Assembly (NCBI RefSeq): GCF_006345805.1 | Contig: NC_043001.1 | Coordinates: 67,146,001-67,210,000 of the forward strand | DNA length: 64,000 bases | Direction of reading: 5' to 3' | Source of the DNA: Octopus sinensis | Lineage: Eukaryota | In this document: piece by piece, positions 1 through 13,765 of the stretch | Position numbering within the stretch: position 1 is the first letter of the stretch | How the letters are laid out: every line of letters begins with the position of its first letter | Translations under genes and position numbers: made by a program | Notes under the pieces: model-generated | The model's input: the letters and a program-made list of their open reading frames with translations, nothing else | Database searches by the model: none | Told to the model about the DNA's origin: nothing

Positions 1-360
1 CTGCGGCCATGTTGGAGCACCGCCTTTAGTCGAGCAAATCGACCCCGGGACTTATTCTTTGTAAGCCCAGTACTTATTCTATCGGTCTCTTTTGCTGAAC
101 CGCTAAGTCACGGGGATGTAAACACACCAGCATCGGTTGTCAAGCAATGCTAGGGGGACAAACACAGACACACAAACACACATATATATATACATATATA
201 CGACAGGCTTCTTTCAATTTCCGTCTACCAAATCCACTCACAAGGCATTGGTCGGCCCGGGGCTATAGCAGAAGACACTTTCCCAAGATGCCACGCAGTG
301 GGACTGAGCCCGGAACCATGTGGTTTGTTAGCAAGCTACTTACCACACAGCCACTCCTGT
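1..360 (-). mobile_element. tRNA-derived SINE, family A (~390 bp), cut by the window edge
   Basis: Reverse complement of 428-819. Pol III A/B-box-like head (TGGCTGTGTGG...GGTTCAGTCCC) and an internal (TA/TG)n tract. Many copies in the window. Confidence 0.9.
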
Positions 361-365
361 ATATG

Positions 366-426
<61 letters not shown>

Positions 427-427
427 G

Positions 428-819
428 GGCGCAGGAGTGGATGTGTGGTAAGTAGCTTGTTTACCAACCACATGGTTCCGGGTTCAGTCCCATTGCACGG
501 CACCTTGGGCAAGTGTCTTCTACTATAGCCTCGGGCCGACCAAAGCCTTGTGAGTGGATTTGGAAGACGGAAAGTGAAAGAAGCCTGTCGTATATATGTA
601 TATATATGTATGTGCGTGCGTGTTTGTGTGTCTGTCCCCCTAGCATTACTTGACAACTGATGCTGGTGTGTTTATGTCCCCGTTACTTAGCGGTTCGGCA
701 AAAGAGACCGATAGAATAAGTACTGGGCTTACAAAAGAATAAGTCTCGGGGTCGAGTTGCTCGATTAAAGGTGGTGCTCCAGCATGGCCGCAGTCAAATG
801 ACTGAAACAAGTAAAAGAG
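428..819 (+). mobile_element. tRNA-derived SINE, family A, full length
   Basis: Head GGCGCAGGAGTGGATGTGTGGTAAG...GGTTCAGTCCC. Tail GGTGCTCCAGCATGGCCGCAGTCAAATGACTGAAACAAGTAAAAGA. Flanked by (TA)n. Confidence 0.9.
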
Positions 820-946
820 TATTTATATATATATATGTACATATATATGTATGTATATATGTATATATACATATGTATATATATGTATATGTATGTATAT
901 ATATCTACATATATATATATGTAGATATATATATACATACATATAC

Positions 947-977
<31 letters not shown>

Positions 978-1213
978 CATATATATGTCCATATATATAT
1001 ATATATATATATATTTGAGTAGTTGAATGAATTATCTTATTATGGATAATTCAGTTAACCGATACCTGGGTAGCAAATTCACGTCAGTAAAACATGGTTG
1101 AAGCTACATGCCAAGGGCAGAGATCACGTGCTTTTGTGTGGAAATTTGTGTGTTTTTTTAATACAAATAAATGAAAGAATGGAGTTGAACGACGAATTAA
1201 CAAAATTCCTTTA

Positions 1214-1295
1214 TTCTCGACATATGTTTCGAAGGCTGTTATTCCTAATTTTGAAGAAATAAGGGGTGCATTATGCCGCCTTCTCATCAGGAAAA
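1214..1295 (-). ncRNA. Type I hammerhead ribozyme motif in a PLE-tail-like repeat (~1015-1400)
   Basis: Minus strand reads UUUUC-CUGAUGA-GAAGGC...GCCUUC-GAAA-C-AUAU-GUC/GAGAA. Stem I 5 bp (one GU), stem II 6 bp, palindromic stem III ACAUAUGU. Flanks resemble 28340-28740. Confidence 0.8.
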
Positions 1296-1904
1296 ACAAG
1301 GAACTTGTGTCAGCATCAAGATGAACAAAAACTTTTAGATGACTGCCCACACGGAGCCCATAGCGATAATAAGCATGGTGCCAGTAAAATCAACCTCAAA
1401 AGAATTGAAACTCAGAATGTAAAGACAGACAAAATGCCACTAATATTAGCAATGGCATTATATTCATGGTTCATGTCTTCTTTCTGAAACACGATTCATT
1501 TAAAATTCAACTAAAACAAAATGCAACTTTAAAATAATTTTTCATGACATGCATAAACCCCCATACACACACATAGAAGCACACATACACAAAAACAGTC
1601 CTTTCAACACATGCATAATTAATAATGCTTTCTCTTTAATATGTGTTTTTATTTTTGTAAATATATTTTACTAAAACAAATACACTCAATGAAAGGTTTG
1701 AATGGAAGCAAAATATGCAACCTCCAAATTTATTAAACACATTTGAGAAATACTGAATTTCTTGAGAATTTTCTTTTTCACAAGAACATATAGTGGTAAA
1801 AATATATATGTACATATGGAAGTATATAGCATGTGCATATATATGTTACTATTTTAATTTGAATGTGTTTGTATGTGTATACACTTACATACGCCATCAT
1901 TACC

Positions 1905-2095
1905 ATCATCTTTTAATGTCTATCTTCCGTGTTGGGATGGGTTGGATGGTTTGACAGGATGTGATGGGTCCAAGGGGTGCATTGCGTTCCAGGGGCATGG
2001 TCTGTGTGATTAGATGCCTGTCCTAATGCCAGCTACTTTACAGCATATAACTGATGCTTTTCTTTTACTGTGGCACCAGCACTAGTGAGGTTGCC
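1905..2095 (-). mobile_element. Degenerate 3' tail of the RTE LINE family (or a derived short retroposon)
   Basis: Reverse complement resembles GGCATTAGGA-AGGGCATC...CCAACCCATGC...GTTAAATGATGATG seen at 7500-7620 and 39660-39810. Confidence 0.6.
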
Positions 2096-2764
2096 ATATA
2101 ACTCACAAAACTAAGATCCCCTTTGAAAGAGTGGGAATACAGCAGAGGGAGAAGAAATTTTATGCAAAAAAGATGAGGAGTTAATGTATGAGAGAAGGGG
2201 CCACAATAGAACAGATTTCTTTCTGTAGAGGAGCTACATGGCTACTTACATTACAGAAGAGAAAGTGGGAATGACTGAGGTGGAACACGAAAGAGAGATA
2301 AAATAGTGATGAATAGGTATTTGGGTGGACCCTCAAGGTACAAGAAGGTGAATAGGAGTGAGTGAGGACAGCAAAACTGTGTGGTTAGCTAGAGGTTGCA
2401 AGAGTGTATCGAGAGAGTGAAGAATGGTTAGATATGGGAAGTGGATGAGTGGATAATTATAGTACATGAAGAACAAGGACTGAGTGGGGTTTGATGATAA
2501 ATATGAGTAAGAGGGAAGGTAGGGAAGAGTAGGTAATGATTACAGAGAATTGATAGGGTTGAGTGATGAATGTAGTGAATGGTAGGCAAGGGCAGAGGGA
2601 GTGATTCATGAGTGATTGATGATATATATGAATAAGAGAGAAGACAAGAAAGATGTGAAGCTCAGAAAGGAGTGAAATACAGCAGAACATTAATAAAATA
2701 CAGTAGAGAGGAGAAGAATGAATTAAGGATCCTCAGTCTGAGTGGATTGATGTTGGAGCACCAA

Positions 2765-4150
2765 ATAATAATAAATAATAATATTGTATACAGGGCTCAG
2801 GTGTTCTACACCACATCAGAAAAGTGAAAAGAGGGAACAGAAAGCAGAAACATGAGACAAGTTTAGAAAGACAACAATGGAAGCTGGAAGTGCATGCAGA
2901 GTGCACAGAATAAAACATATGAAGACAGGAAAGTGAACATTAAGAGTTATAAAGAGGAAAGAGTTCATATGCATGTCATAAGCAAGAGTTCATAAGTATG
3001 TCAAGAAGCAATGGATTTTTAAAGGATGCAATGTTTCGATGGCTAACAACTGACATGGGTAGGTTATTCTATACTTAGACAATTCTGAGTGTGAGAATGT
3101 GTTTCCAAAATTATGGATGCTGTACGGTATTTTTTTGTCTGTATAAGCATGTACAAGAGTGGCAGAGATATTGATTTCACAAAGATGGCCCAAGTTGTGG
3201 TTGGAAAGAGGTGGGTTGATCTTTTGGGTTTTTATCCAGTCAGCTGCTAGATGTTGAAACTTTAATGTATCAATATCCAGAGAAGCAAAACATTAAAGAT
3301 ATGATAAGTGACAGATGGAGGGTAATCATATGGTTGCATATTTCTGATATCTTCCAGTAGATTGATATTCTAGAGAAGATGGGAGTTCCAGACTGGAAAT
3401 ATAATCTGTAAGTGTGGATATATAGTAATATTTATAACTTTAAATAGAAAGTCGGTAAGTGACTGACAAAAGCCTTTCTGAGTGATGCTAAGATACATTC
3501 AACATTTTTGATGATTTTTAGGAATGTGGTTCATCCAATACAGGCCATTGTTGACAGTACCTAGGTGACATTAACCAGCAGACTTACTAAGGTTAGTGAT
3601 GTGGAGGGAATAAATAAATCCCCAGAATAAAAAGCTTTGGTGAACAATGTAGATAACACCCACACATAAGCCTCCATCATAAGAAATTTGACAAGTTGGT
3701 CACAACAGCTGGATTTAGGAATAACTCCAAATTGTGAAGATTGTATAATAAGAAGAATATATTCTGAAAACAGCAAATTATTGCAGGAGCTGTCATTAAC
3801 CCTAATCAAAAACAAAGGGGAAACTTTGTGTATTCATGTATGACCCCCAAACAAGTGGTCATGTGAAAGTAGTAAATCTCTAAAGTTGAAACTGAGACAT
3901 TCAAATGGTTGATATGTTTGACAAGAGGAAGACTGTTGAATCATGGTTTCAATTCTGAATGTGGGACATATTCATTGCAAGTTTCTTTAAAACCTATTCT
4001 AAATAAAATGGTTAAGTTCTTAAACCAGACATAGTGCCATAATTGGGTCAGTTCTGGATGACACAAAAAGCTGATGTTAATCTTTGACACTTGAAGAAGA
4101 TTTTATAGAGAAGAATCTGATAAAAAGGATTAGGAGCTGGATTATCTTTG
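2765..4150 (-). mobile_element. Old, degraded CR1-like LINE 3' portion
   Basis: Minus-strand remnants resemble a CR1 C-terminus (RIV.V.NNLPMSVV..NIASFK). Its 3' UTR is similar to the reverse complement of 4700-4890. The 5' boundary is uncertain. Confidence 0.5.
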
Positions 4151-4519
4151 TTAGTGATGTGTTAGATGTCATAATTGAAAAAAAAAAATTCTATCTGCCA
4201 ACAGAAAACCATAAAATTCTTCATTTTTTTCCTTCCATTTTTATGATTAAATACAAATGAAATTGTTTCTTGGTGAGAACTTCATGGAAAACAGGCACAA
4301 AATAAAAAGCATTACTATTTTCTAACATTTCTAATCATAGCTATAGCTTCTTGAAGAAAAGGTTTGTTCTGAAAGAGAGCTTCCGTAATCCACAGGGGAA
4401 GGACAACTGAGATTATAGTTCTAGAAGCCTCAGTTTAAACATATAATGGAGCTTAGAGTGAGAGAAAGACCAATATTAATTAATAAAGTTTTAATTAACG
4501 TTTTTTGCAAGGAAAAGAA

Positions 4520-4890
4520 GGATTTAAACTTATGCTTATAAGATAATAATTTAAACAAAAACACTCATGACTTTTGAAAACACCTTTTCTGTGTTCAGAA
4601 TTCTCCAAGCATGGAATAAACTATCTATGTCAGTAATTAACTGCATCCTCCAAAAATTCCAGGTTTCCTGAATTTACCAACACTACTCCTTATGTGTCAA
4701 ATGAACCCTTTCCCTTTTATGATTCAATGTTCACTTTTCTCTATTTTTATGCTTTATTCCGTGTACTGTGCATACATATCTTCTAGCTTTCATTGCTGAC
4801 TTTATTCATATGTTTGCTTTCTGTTTCCTCTTTCAACCTTTCCTGACAATGTAATGCATCTGAGCTATATATTCAATAAGCTTATTAATA
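4520..4890 (+). mobile_element. Degraded CR1-like LINE 3' end
   Basis: Remnant 'FRILQAWNKLSMSVINC' typical of CR1 ORF2 ends. The 3' UTR is homologous (inverted) to 2765-2975. Confidence 0.55.
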
Positions 4891-6094
4891 TTAAACAGGA
4901 GTTAAATTAGTTCCAAGAAATGAAACAGCTATTTAGAGTAGTTATTAATCCAGGTAGTTGGAGTCATTCAACATTGCTAGGCAATAAGTAATCAACAAAG
5001 GGTTATAATTGCTTTCATCTTTCTGGATCAGGTTGCAGAGAATCATTTTCTATTGTGTTTTTCAGGTAGCAAATGAATGTTTAGCAGAAAAGACATTTGT
5101 CATTGTCCAATGTAATTACTGAGTGTTTTTAATAACAGAAATAAACCGAGCCAAGTTCTCATGTGCTCATCAATAATTTTACCAATGACAATAATATTGC
5201 CACTAATTGTATACCATCCATCACTCTTTGACAACTGCTTAACCTTGTAAACTGGAATAAGCACTGAAAAGTTTGAAATGCAATGCACTGTATTTCTTGT
5301 TGTCTCTGAGGAGTGGAATTTGAAGGTATTTTACTTTCAGATCATTTGCAGTAGAATGGATTGTAGAAAATGGAACCTTCAAAGATCTTCAATATCACTA
5401 AACAGCTAGTCATTCATAGCAATTTATCACTCATAAATACTTAATAACAAACCTCTCTTTATACTACTACTTCCAGGAGTGTTCACTAATATAGGAATAA
5501 GTTAAGTAACTGTAAGGTGCTTTTTTAATGATCCATCTACTTTAAATATAGCAGTTGTGATATTTAAATAATTATAGAAGAGCACAAGTTAGACTCAATA
5601 TTTAAAGCCACACAAGCAGTTGTGGAAATCTAGAATGATGAAAAATTGTTTGTTTAGACTGAGTTGCTAATTCAGAGATATTGCTGAAATGTTAGAATTG
5701 AAATATTCTTTAAAATATCTCAATTTAATTTGGACAAATTCAGTAAACATATTGATACTTTGCTTAGTTAGGAGACCTTTTGTTGTTATGCTTCATTCAC
5801 AACAGACACCAACTCCATTATTCCTAAGTCCACAAAGAACTGCCATTCTTATACGTAAAAAGCATATAATAAATTTTCTGGCATGTGCAAAGTTTGTCAA
5901 GGTAGAATTAATTAGAGGTGCATGAAGTAACGATGATTAAAATATAGGTGTGTACCACTACATTCAATATGTTTGTATACATTCAAAATAGAAAGATCTT
6001 CACTGAGGAAATTGTCTTGGAAAAGAAATTCTCTTTATAGACAATAAGTATAGGGAAAAACTCATCACAGTGGGTTGTGAGTGATACAATCAGA

Positions 6095-6139
6095 CTGTTG
6101 GACAGGTGTTTCTGCATCATTATGTTTCATCAGCAACAG
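6095..6139 (-). ncRNA. Minimal type I hammerhead ribozyme motif
   Basis: CUGUUG-CUGAUGA-AACAUAAUGAUGCA-GAAA-C-ACCU-GUC/CAACAG. Perfect 6-bp stem I and intact core; stem II is weakened (3 bp). Confidence 0.7.
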
Positions 6140-6649
6140 ACAACATATTTTAATCATTGCTGCTTAGTGTGCCTGTTATAAATTCATTCTACCTTGACAT
6201 AGCTTTGCATACACCAGCAAATTTAGTTTTTTGCTGTTTACATATAAGAATGACAGTTTTTAGAGGGCTGTGAATGAAAGATTTAGTGCCTGTAGCATAT
6301 GAGCCATAGATATACAGAAACATATGCCCCATAGTCTAATGATGTTATTCATTATCCAGTGGTGTGATTTTTTACATACACTGTCAATAAGGAGAAAATG
6401 ACCACAGTGTAAGTTTTACCATATTTGAGTGTACATGATGATGTTAAATATAAACATACAGTTTTATTTTGTAATATATATATATACAGTCTGTATATAT
6501 ATATATACAGTCTGACATCTTTCTTATTCTTCTATATATAGTCTATATATGAAGCAAAATCCCTGATACATTGTTGTGTGTGTGTGTGTATACATACATT
6601 ATATATATGTGTGTGTGTGTGTATATATATATATGTGTGTGTGTGTGTG

Positions 6650-7617
6650 TATGAACAGCCATGCTACATGGCAGTGAAACATGGGCTGTGACTGCTGAGG
6701 ACATGTGTAAGCTCGCAAAGAATGAAGCCAGTATGCTCCGATGGATGTGTAATGTCAGTGTGCATAGTCAACAGAATGTAAGTACCTTGAGAGAAAGGTT
6801 GAACCTAAGAAGCATCAGATGTAGTGTGCAAGAAAGACGACTGCGCTGGTATGGTCATGTGGTGAGAATGGATGTGGATAGCTGTGTGAAAAAGGGCCAC
6901 ACACTAGTGGTTGAGGGAACCTGTGGAAGAGGTAGACCCAGGAAGACTTGGGATGTGGTGGTAAAGCATAATCTTTGAACATTGGGCCTCACTGAGGCAA
7001 TGACTAGTGACCGGGACCTTTGGAAATATGCTGGGCTTCAGAAGACTTGGCAAGCCAAGTGAGACCATAACCTTGTGGCCTATGAGAGGGGTGTAACCAG
7101 CCCACTTATATAATGTGTACCTTTCTTTCATTGGACACTAAACTCTGCTTGTGAAGACTTGTTGAGGCAAGTGAAATCGAAATTGAATTTCGAAATCAAA
7201 TTCAATGACTGGCATCCATGCTAGTGGAGCGCTAAGAGTACCATCTGAGCATGATCATTGCCAGTGCAACAAACTGGCTTACGTGCGGGTGACATGTAAA
7301 AAGCACCATTTGAGCATGATCGTTACCTGCATCACCTTACTGGTACTTGTGCTGGCGGCACATGAAAAAACATTTGAGTGAGGTCATTGCCTGTGCAGGT
7401 GGCACATAAAAAGCACCAGTTGAGCGTGGCCATTGCCAGTACCGCCTGACTGGCCTTCATGCCAGTGGCACGTAAAAGCACCCACCACACTCTCGGAATG
7501 GTTGGCGTTAGGAAGGGCATCCAGCTGTAGAAACTCTGCCAGATCAGATTGAAGCCTGGCCTCAGTCAAATCGTCCAACCCATGCTAGCATGGAAAGCGG
7601 ATGTTAAATGATGATGA

Positions 7618-7620
<3 letters not shown>
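6650..7620 (+). mobile_element. 5'-truncated RTE-clade LINE (ORF C-terminus plus 3' UTR with ~58-bp tandem repeats and (GAT)n tail)
   Basis: ORF 6661-6978 'MLHGSETW...RLRWYGHVVRM...GRGRPRKTW' is an RTE C-terminal signature. Matches 38870-39810. Confidence 0.9.
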
Positions 7621-7680
<60 letters not shown>

Positions 7681-7759
7681 TAAGGTCTAGGGATCCATGT
7701 GTAGGAAGCCTGTAAGCTTCAAGTAATCTGTGGCAGGTAACAAAAAGGTAAGGACACAC

Positions 7760-7925
7760 ACACACACATACACACAAATGACAGGCTTCTTTCAATTTCC
7801 ATCTCCCAAATTCACTCACAAGTCTTTGGTCGACCCAGGATATTCGTCTGAGGTGCCATGTGGTTGGGATTGAACCCAGAATCATATAGTTGGGAAGTAA
7901 ACTTCTTACCACACATCCATGCCGG
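7760..7925 (-). mobile_element. SINE family A, degenerate 5' half
   Basis: Similar to the reverse complement of 428-600. Confidence 0.7.
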
Positions 7926-8273
7926 CACTTATCACAGAATTGTAGAGCATCATTGAAATATTTTAATGTTTATGAAAGTGATGAGGCAAACTGCATAAAA
8001 GATAGAGGTTAGGGTTAGGTAGTTCCACTGTGGTGGAAGATGAGTAATTTGGGAGGCAAGGAACACAGAGACAAAAACAATAACAACAGCAGCAACAACA
8101 AATGTGAATGAGGAAGATGACAACAACGATAACAACAAATGACAATTTGGGAGGTGTGGATGAAAAAGAAGATGAACAACAACAGCAGTAGCAGCAGATG
8201 TGAATTAGGGAAGTGTAAGGTGAGGTGAGTTGTGGAACATAAAGAAGGTAACAAGAACAACAACACTACTTAC

Positions 8274-8342
8274 TTGTATTTACAGGGAAATTGTAATGAA
8301 AGGATTTTTTCGCTGTATGTTGTAAAAACGGTTTCTGATCAT
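8274..8342 (-). CDS. Probable 69-bp internal exon (stalk/linker) of the Ig-superfamily gene
   Basis: Long polypyrimidine tract plus cttcag acceptor, and a GTAAGT donor. Phase 1-1 and open: (D)DQKPFLQHTAKKSFHYNFPVNT, in frame with the exon at 21413-21703. Confidence 0.65.
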
Positions 8343-8570
8343 CTGAAGACGAAGGAGGAAGAAGAAGATGAAGAAGAAGAAAAAAAGAAAAACAAATGAG
8401 AAAAAGGTAAAAAAAAAATCAATGTGAAAATCAATTTGGAAAGTAAATGAGGAACAAAAAAAGTGCTTACTTTTAACATATTTCTGGTTCACATAAATAA
8501 AGTGACACACATGTATGTATATGTATATATACATATTCACACACATATGTATATATAATGTGTGTGTGTG

Positions 8571-8622
<52 letters not shown>

Positions 8623-9119
8623 CATACAAAGATACACATATGTATGTATGTGTGTACATATATATACACACAAACACACACGCATATATATATATATATA
8701 CATACATATACACAGCAAATGAAATACAGATGGGATATACGAGAATTTATTATTAATCCCAACAATTGTTTCAACACATCTAGATGGGTGGGACACCCAA
8801 CAACTGGCTCAGGAGTATCCAGTGGTGTAAATGAATCTCGTTGGGAGATAAATAAACACAACTTGTTAAAATAACTGTTCCGCAATGTAACTTTCCATTT
8901 TGTAGAGAGAAAGGCAACCAGACGGAGGAAATATCTTTATTTATATAGAAGATCAAAAATAAAATCACAGATGACAAAAAGAGAAATGAACGCACAATCC
9001 AGCAAGAAAAGTATACACACACGCATAAATATATATATAAATAAACATATATATATCTATATATATCTATCTTTTTTTGAATGAAACAATTCTAGTCATG
9101 TAGAAGCTCCTTCTATAAA

Positions 9120-9175
<56 letters not shown>

Positions 9176-9405
9176 AATAATATATAAATATATGCATACA
9201 TACATACATATATTTTTTATGTATATATGCATATATTTAGATATTATTTATATTATTATATGATCGAACGCCACACATCCTTTTCCAAGAAAGTTTTATC
9301 TATCAATCTATCTATCTATATATATATATATATATCATCATCATTTATATATACATATGTATATATACAAACGTGTATATATATTATATATATACACACA
9401 TATAC

Positions 9406-9458
<53 letters not shown>

Positions 9459-9960
9459 GTGTATATACATATACACACACACACACATATATATATATAG
9501 AGAGAGAGGAGAGAGAGGTACATATATATATATATATATAGACTCATACACACATATACATACATATATATATACATATATACATACACACATATGCACG
9601 CACACACGACCTTTCTTTTCTCTCTCATTTATTTCCTCTCTTTCTTTTTATTTCTTTTTCAAATGGCATTAACCAAAAAGTTCATACATGAAGTAAAGAA
9701 AATTATTCTTTTACCACAGCAGTCAGTATTTCAATGGAGCCAACATTATTATCTCAGTTATTCTGTGCTAGAATAGCTACATGTACTAAGTAGTAAACTA
9801 CAGGTACAAACTATTATAGCTACATGTGTTATCTATAATAGCTAAATATATTAAGTAATATAACTACATATACCAACTAACAATGACAGCTACTTTGTAT
9901 TATATATTTAGCAACATGTACCAACTACTATAAGGGAAAAGAGCACAAAACTTGAACATA

Positions 9961-10355
9961 GGCATAGGGAGTGGCTGTGTGGTAAGTAGCTTGCTTACCA
10001 ACCACATGGTTCCCAGTTCAGTCCCACTGCGGGGCACCTTAGGCAAGTGTCTTCTACTATAGCCTCGGGCCGATCAAAGCCTTGTGAGTGGATTTGGTAG
10101 ATAGAAACTGAAAGAATCCTTTCGTATATATGTATATATATATATGTGTTTGTATAAGTTTGATGTCAGTGTTTGTCCCCCCAACATCACTTGATAACTG
10201 ATGCTGGTGTGTTTACGTCCCCGTCACTTAGCGGTTCGGCAAAAGAGACCAATAGTATAGTTCTAGGCTTACAAAGAATAAGTCCTGGAATTGAGCTGCT
10301 CGACTAAAGGCGGTGCTCCAGCATGGCCACAGTCAAATGACTGAAACAAGAAAAA
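9961..10355 (+). mobile_element. SINE family A, full length
   Basis: Colinear with 428-819. Confidence 0.9.
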
Positions 10356-10479
10356 GAGGAAAAGATAAATACAGATGTAACAACTGAAGAATTTTTCTTC
10401 TCTGCATGACCCAAAGTAAAGAATGAACAAATTTGGCAATAAACAGAGGAGTGCTTCAGTTCAATTCTGCACTTAACAT

Positions 10480-10680
10480 CAGTGGTTTTCAACCAGGGTT
10501 CCGCCAGTACAGTCCAGAGGTTCTGCAAGAAGTTACAAAACTGCTAAAATCGGCAGTAATTTTTAATTCTCCTGTGCAGATATGTGTGCATAAAACTATT
10601 AAATTATTGCACAGGGGTTCCTCGAGCCAGTGGAATGTTTCCTTGGGGTTCCACTCCAGCAAAAATGTTGAAAAGCACTG
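10480..10680. mobile_element. hAT (Charlie-like) MITE, 201 bp
   Basis: TIRs CAGTGGTTTTCAAC / GTTGAAAAGCACTG. Perfect 8-bp TSD CTTAACAT at 10472-10479 and 10681-10688. Confidence 0.9.
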
Positions 10681-10908
10681 CTTAACATCCCAAATCCTTA
10701 TGAGTTCAAAAATTTACCATGCACTACGTTGTAGTTTAGAAATTTCAATGTTGTGATTGCTTAATTTTAGAATGACATTGTAGGGTTCAGGTGAAAGGCT
10801 AGATCTGGCCAGTTTCAACAGGTTAAATATTTTGTTAAATATTTTGGATACTGGATATAGCCAGTTTGAATGCCAAAAGGTCAAGCTCAGTTTGGCACAC
10901 AATAACTA

Positions 10909-11137
10909 TTTCTTTACTACCCACAAGGGGCTAAACACAGAGGGGACAAACAAGGACAGACAAAGGGATTAAGTCGATTACATCGACACCAGTGCGTAAC
11001 TGGTACTTAATTTATTGACCCTGAAAGGATGAAAGGCAAAGTCGACCTCAGCGGAATCTGAACTCAGAACGTAACGACAGACGAAATACCGCTAAGCATT
11101 TCGCCCGGCGTGCTAACGTTTCTGCCAGCTCGCCGCC
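10909..11137 (-). mobile_element. SINE family B (tRNA-like head, Nin-domain-like core)
   Basis: Minus strand GGCGGCGAGCTGGCAGAAACG...GTTCAGATTCC...GCCTTTCATCCTTTCAGGGTCAATAAATTAAGTACCAG. Other copies at 27131-28060, 49587-49817 and 51800-51930. Confidence 0.85.
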
Positions 11138-11762
11138 ATAACCAGCTACCATTCCTAAATTCATTAACATTTGTAGGTCTTGAATGCAGTTATACTGGTA
11201 TTTTGTTTATACACTTTTCCATAGGTCATAAAAGAACATTGGAATAAATAGTAAAAATCATCACCAGATTTTAAATTATTCACCAGTTAATTCCTGCTAC
11301 AGATTCCATGGTTGATTTCATATATGCCATTGCTGTGTGTTGACTTAGTTTGTAAAGCTTCCATACGATATCTTGTTTTCAGTGGAATTCTCTCTAGTTT
11401 GATAGAGATGTCACCTAAAATGTACCTAATTTTATTTTGTAAGCTTTCTTACAATTTTCTTATATCTCTTTGCTGTATATTAGAAAGCACACAAAATAAC
11501 ATACATACGTATCTCATTCCATAACGATGATGAGGCTGAGAAGCCATTGTAATGTCAATGGACTAATGGATCCAGAAATGCTACTGTTCCAAAATAAACA
11601 AATGACTAATAAGGATAACACAAAAAATCATTAATGTTATACATTAATGATCAAAGTTGAACACAGTTCTTTCATTAATACATCTCTGACAGAACAGTCT
11701 TTTTTATACACAAATGTGTGTGAAGTTGCGTATCTTTTACACACATACACACACACACACAT

Positions 11763-11793
<31 letters not shown>

Positions 11794-11825
11794 TACACAC
11801 ACACATACATACATACATACATATA

Positions 11826-11859
<34 letters not shown>

Positions 11860-11868
<9 letters not shown>

Positions 11869-12880
11869 ACAGTAGAAGACATGGAAAACACCAACAGAAC
11901 TTGTGAAGAGACTCAAAAACATTCATTATGAAACCCTATTAAGATCTTTAAAACACAATGAAACTAATAACAAGAAAATTTACACCAAGAAATAATGTTA
12001 TTGAAGACAAAGATGGTAATATGCTTTATAAAGGGAAAGCTAGAAAGAATAGTGCTACATTTTATACAAGAAGACTACAGATGTTAATCAAACATAAAGA
12101 CTTTTGTGGTAATCTCAAAATGTTCAAAGTCAAAATTCTATTATAGAAGGAGAACTTTCATCATTAATGTCTGATGTAAAAGAGCAAAGTTGTGGAAAGT
12201 CTAATATAAAACAAAAGTTGAGAAATAAAAGACACAGTAGCAGAAGTTTGGAAAAAAATCTAGGGCCAAATGACTGAAGTAAATCAATTTCACACACACA
12301 CACGGACCTTACAGACATATTGCAATGTAAAAACAGGCAAACATTATTTGTATTGATAAATCATGTTAGTAAAATGGTACTTAAGATCATTGCTGAGAGA
12401 TTTAAAGTCAAATATAAAATAGAAATGGCAGAAGAACAAGAGAGCTTTAAAACTGGAAAAGGAACGAGGTTAATCAGAAAACTAGAGAGAAAGGTAAGGA
12501 ATTATTATTATTATTTGATGATCAACAAGTTACGATCAACTCAGTTATTCCTAACAAATTATGGTCAGTGATGACAGAAATAGAATTTTCTCAATATTTT
12601 ATAGAATTATTAATATCACTTTATTCTCTGCAAATGGCAATTGTCAAAGAGTAGTTTTACATTGCACAAGAGTACAATAATGATGCATTCTGAGTCCCTC
12701 TACATCTCTGCAGAAAGTAAAGGACCAAGTGGAAGGCCTGGATAAAAACTAGACTGGTAGCATCATAGAAATAACAGGGTTGAAGATATGATGATTAATA
12801 AATGCAGAGGAATAGAGAAAAGCTGTTGAGTGAACCTTCTATAATCCAACAAATGACAACGTCAGATGATGATGATGAAC
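11860..12880 (+). mobile_element. Highly degraded RTE (BovB-like) LINE fragment
   Basis: Peptide remnants 'FTPRNNVIEDKDG' and 'LINHVSKMVLKIIAERFK...EEQESFKTGKGTR' (RT N-terminal motifs). Ends in (GAT)n. Confidence 0.65.
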
Positions 12881-13452
12881 CACACACACACACACATGTT
12901 TATATTGTTCTTTTTAACAGTGGAATTCTAAGTAGATAAACCTATAAATAATATCATGAAAATATTGGTCAACTTTCAGCTTTCCAGTCAAAGGGTTTTT
13001 TAACCCAATATTTCCATGCTATTGTTTATAGCTTTATCTATTTAGAGTTCTACCAATAAAAATAATGATTTATCTCATGTCTCTTGAAGCTCCTAAATTC
13101 TTATAACATAAACAATATGTGTGTGTGTGAGTGCATGTGGCACAAGGAGTTAGAAATTGATGGTTCCCAAGTTCCCATATAACCTGCCAGAGTTGTTTGG
13201 ACTCTAAGCCAAGGTGAAGGGAACCCAGGAGAGAAGATACAGAAAATTCTAATAGAAAAGCCTGAAGTATGTTATTCATTCAAGTTTTGGCAAACATTAG
13301 CACCAACTTTCTGTTATTAGTATTTTCAAGAGGTGTGGCTGATACTACACAAGCCTTCACCATTGACAGCAACTCATCAAAGTGGGTAGTCTAATAGCTT
13401 GCTATTAGACCTTCATACATTGAGATCAATGGGAGAGTCAACCATATATATT

Positions 13453-13518
<66 letters not shown>

Positions 13519-13703
13519 ATATATATATAATCATCTAAGTGATATTTGGATCTACTGGTCATACATGAAGATTTACCTTGGATGTGTATTCTACTTACAT
13601 TTTTACAGGTGTCTGATTGTTGGAGACAGTTAAACAAATTCTTTTAAAACCAAGTGCTTTATTGATATCTGCCTGGATTTTTAATCCCATTATTTCTTCC
13701 TTC

Positions 13704-13760
<57 letters not shown>

Positions 13761-13765
<5 letters not shown>

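Noticed and set aside
4900-5925. Possible additional exons or a decayed DNA transposase
   Set aside because: No clean splice-flanked open frame or recognisable domain.
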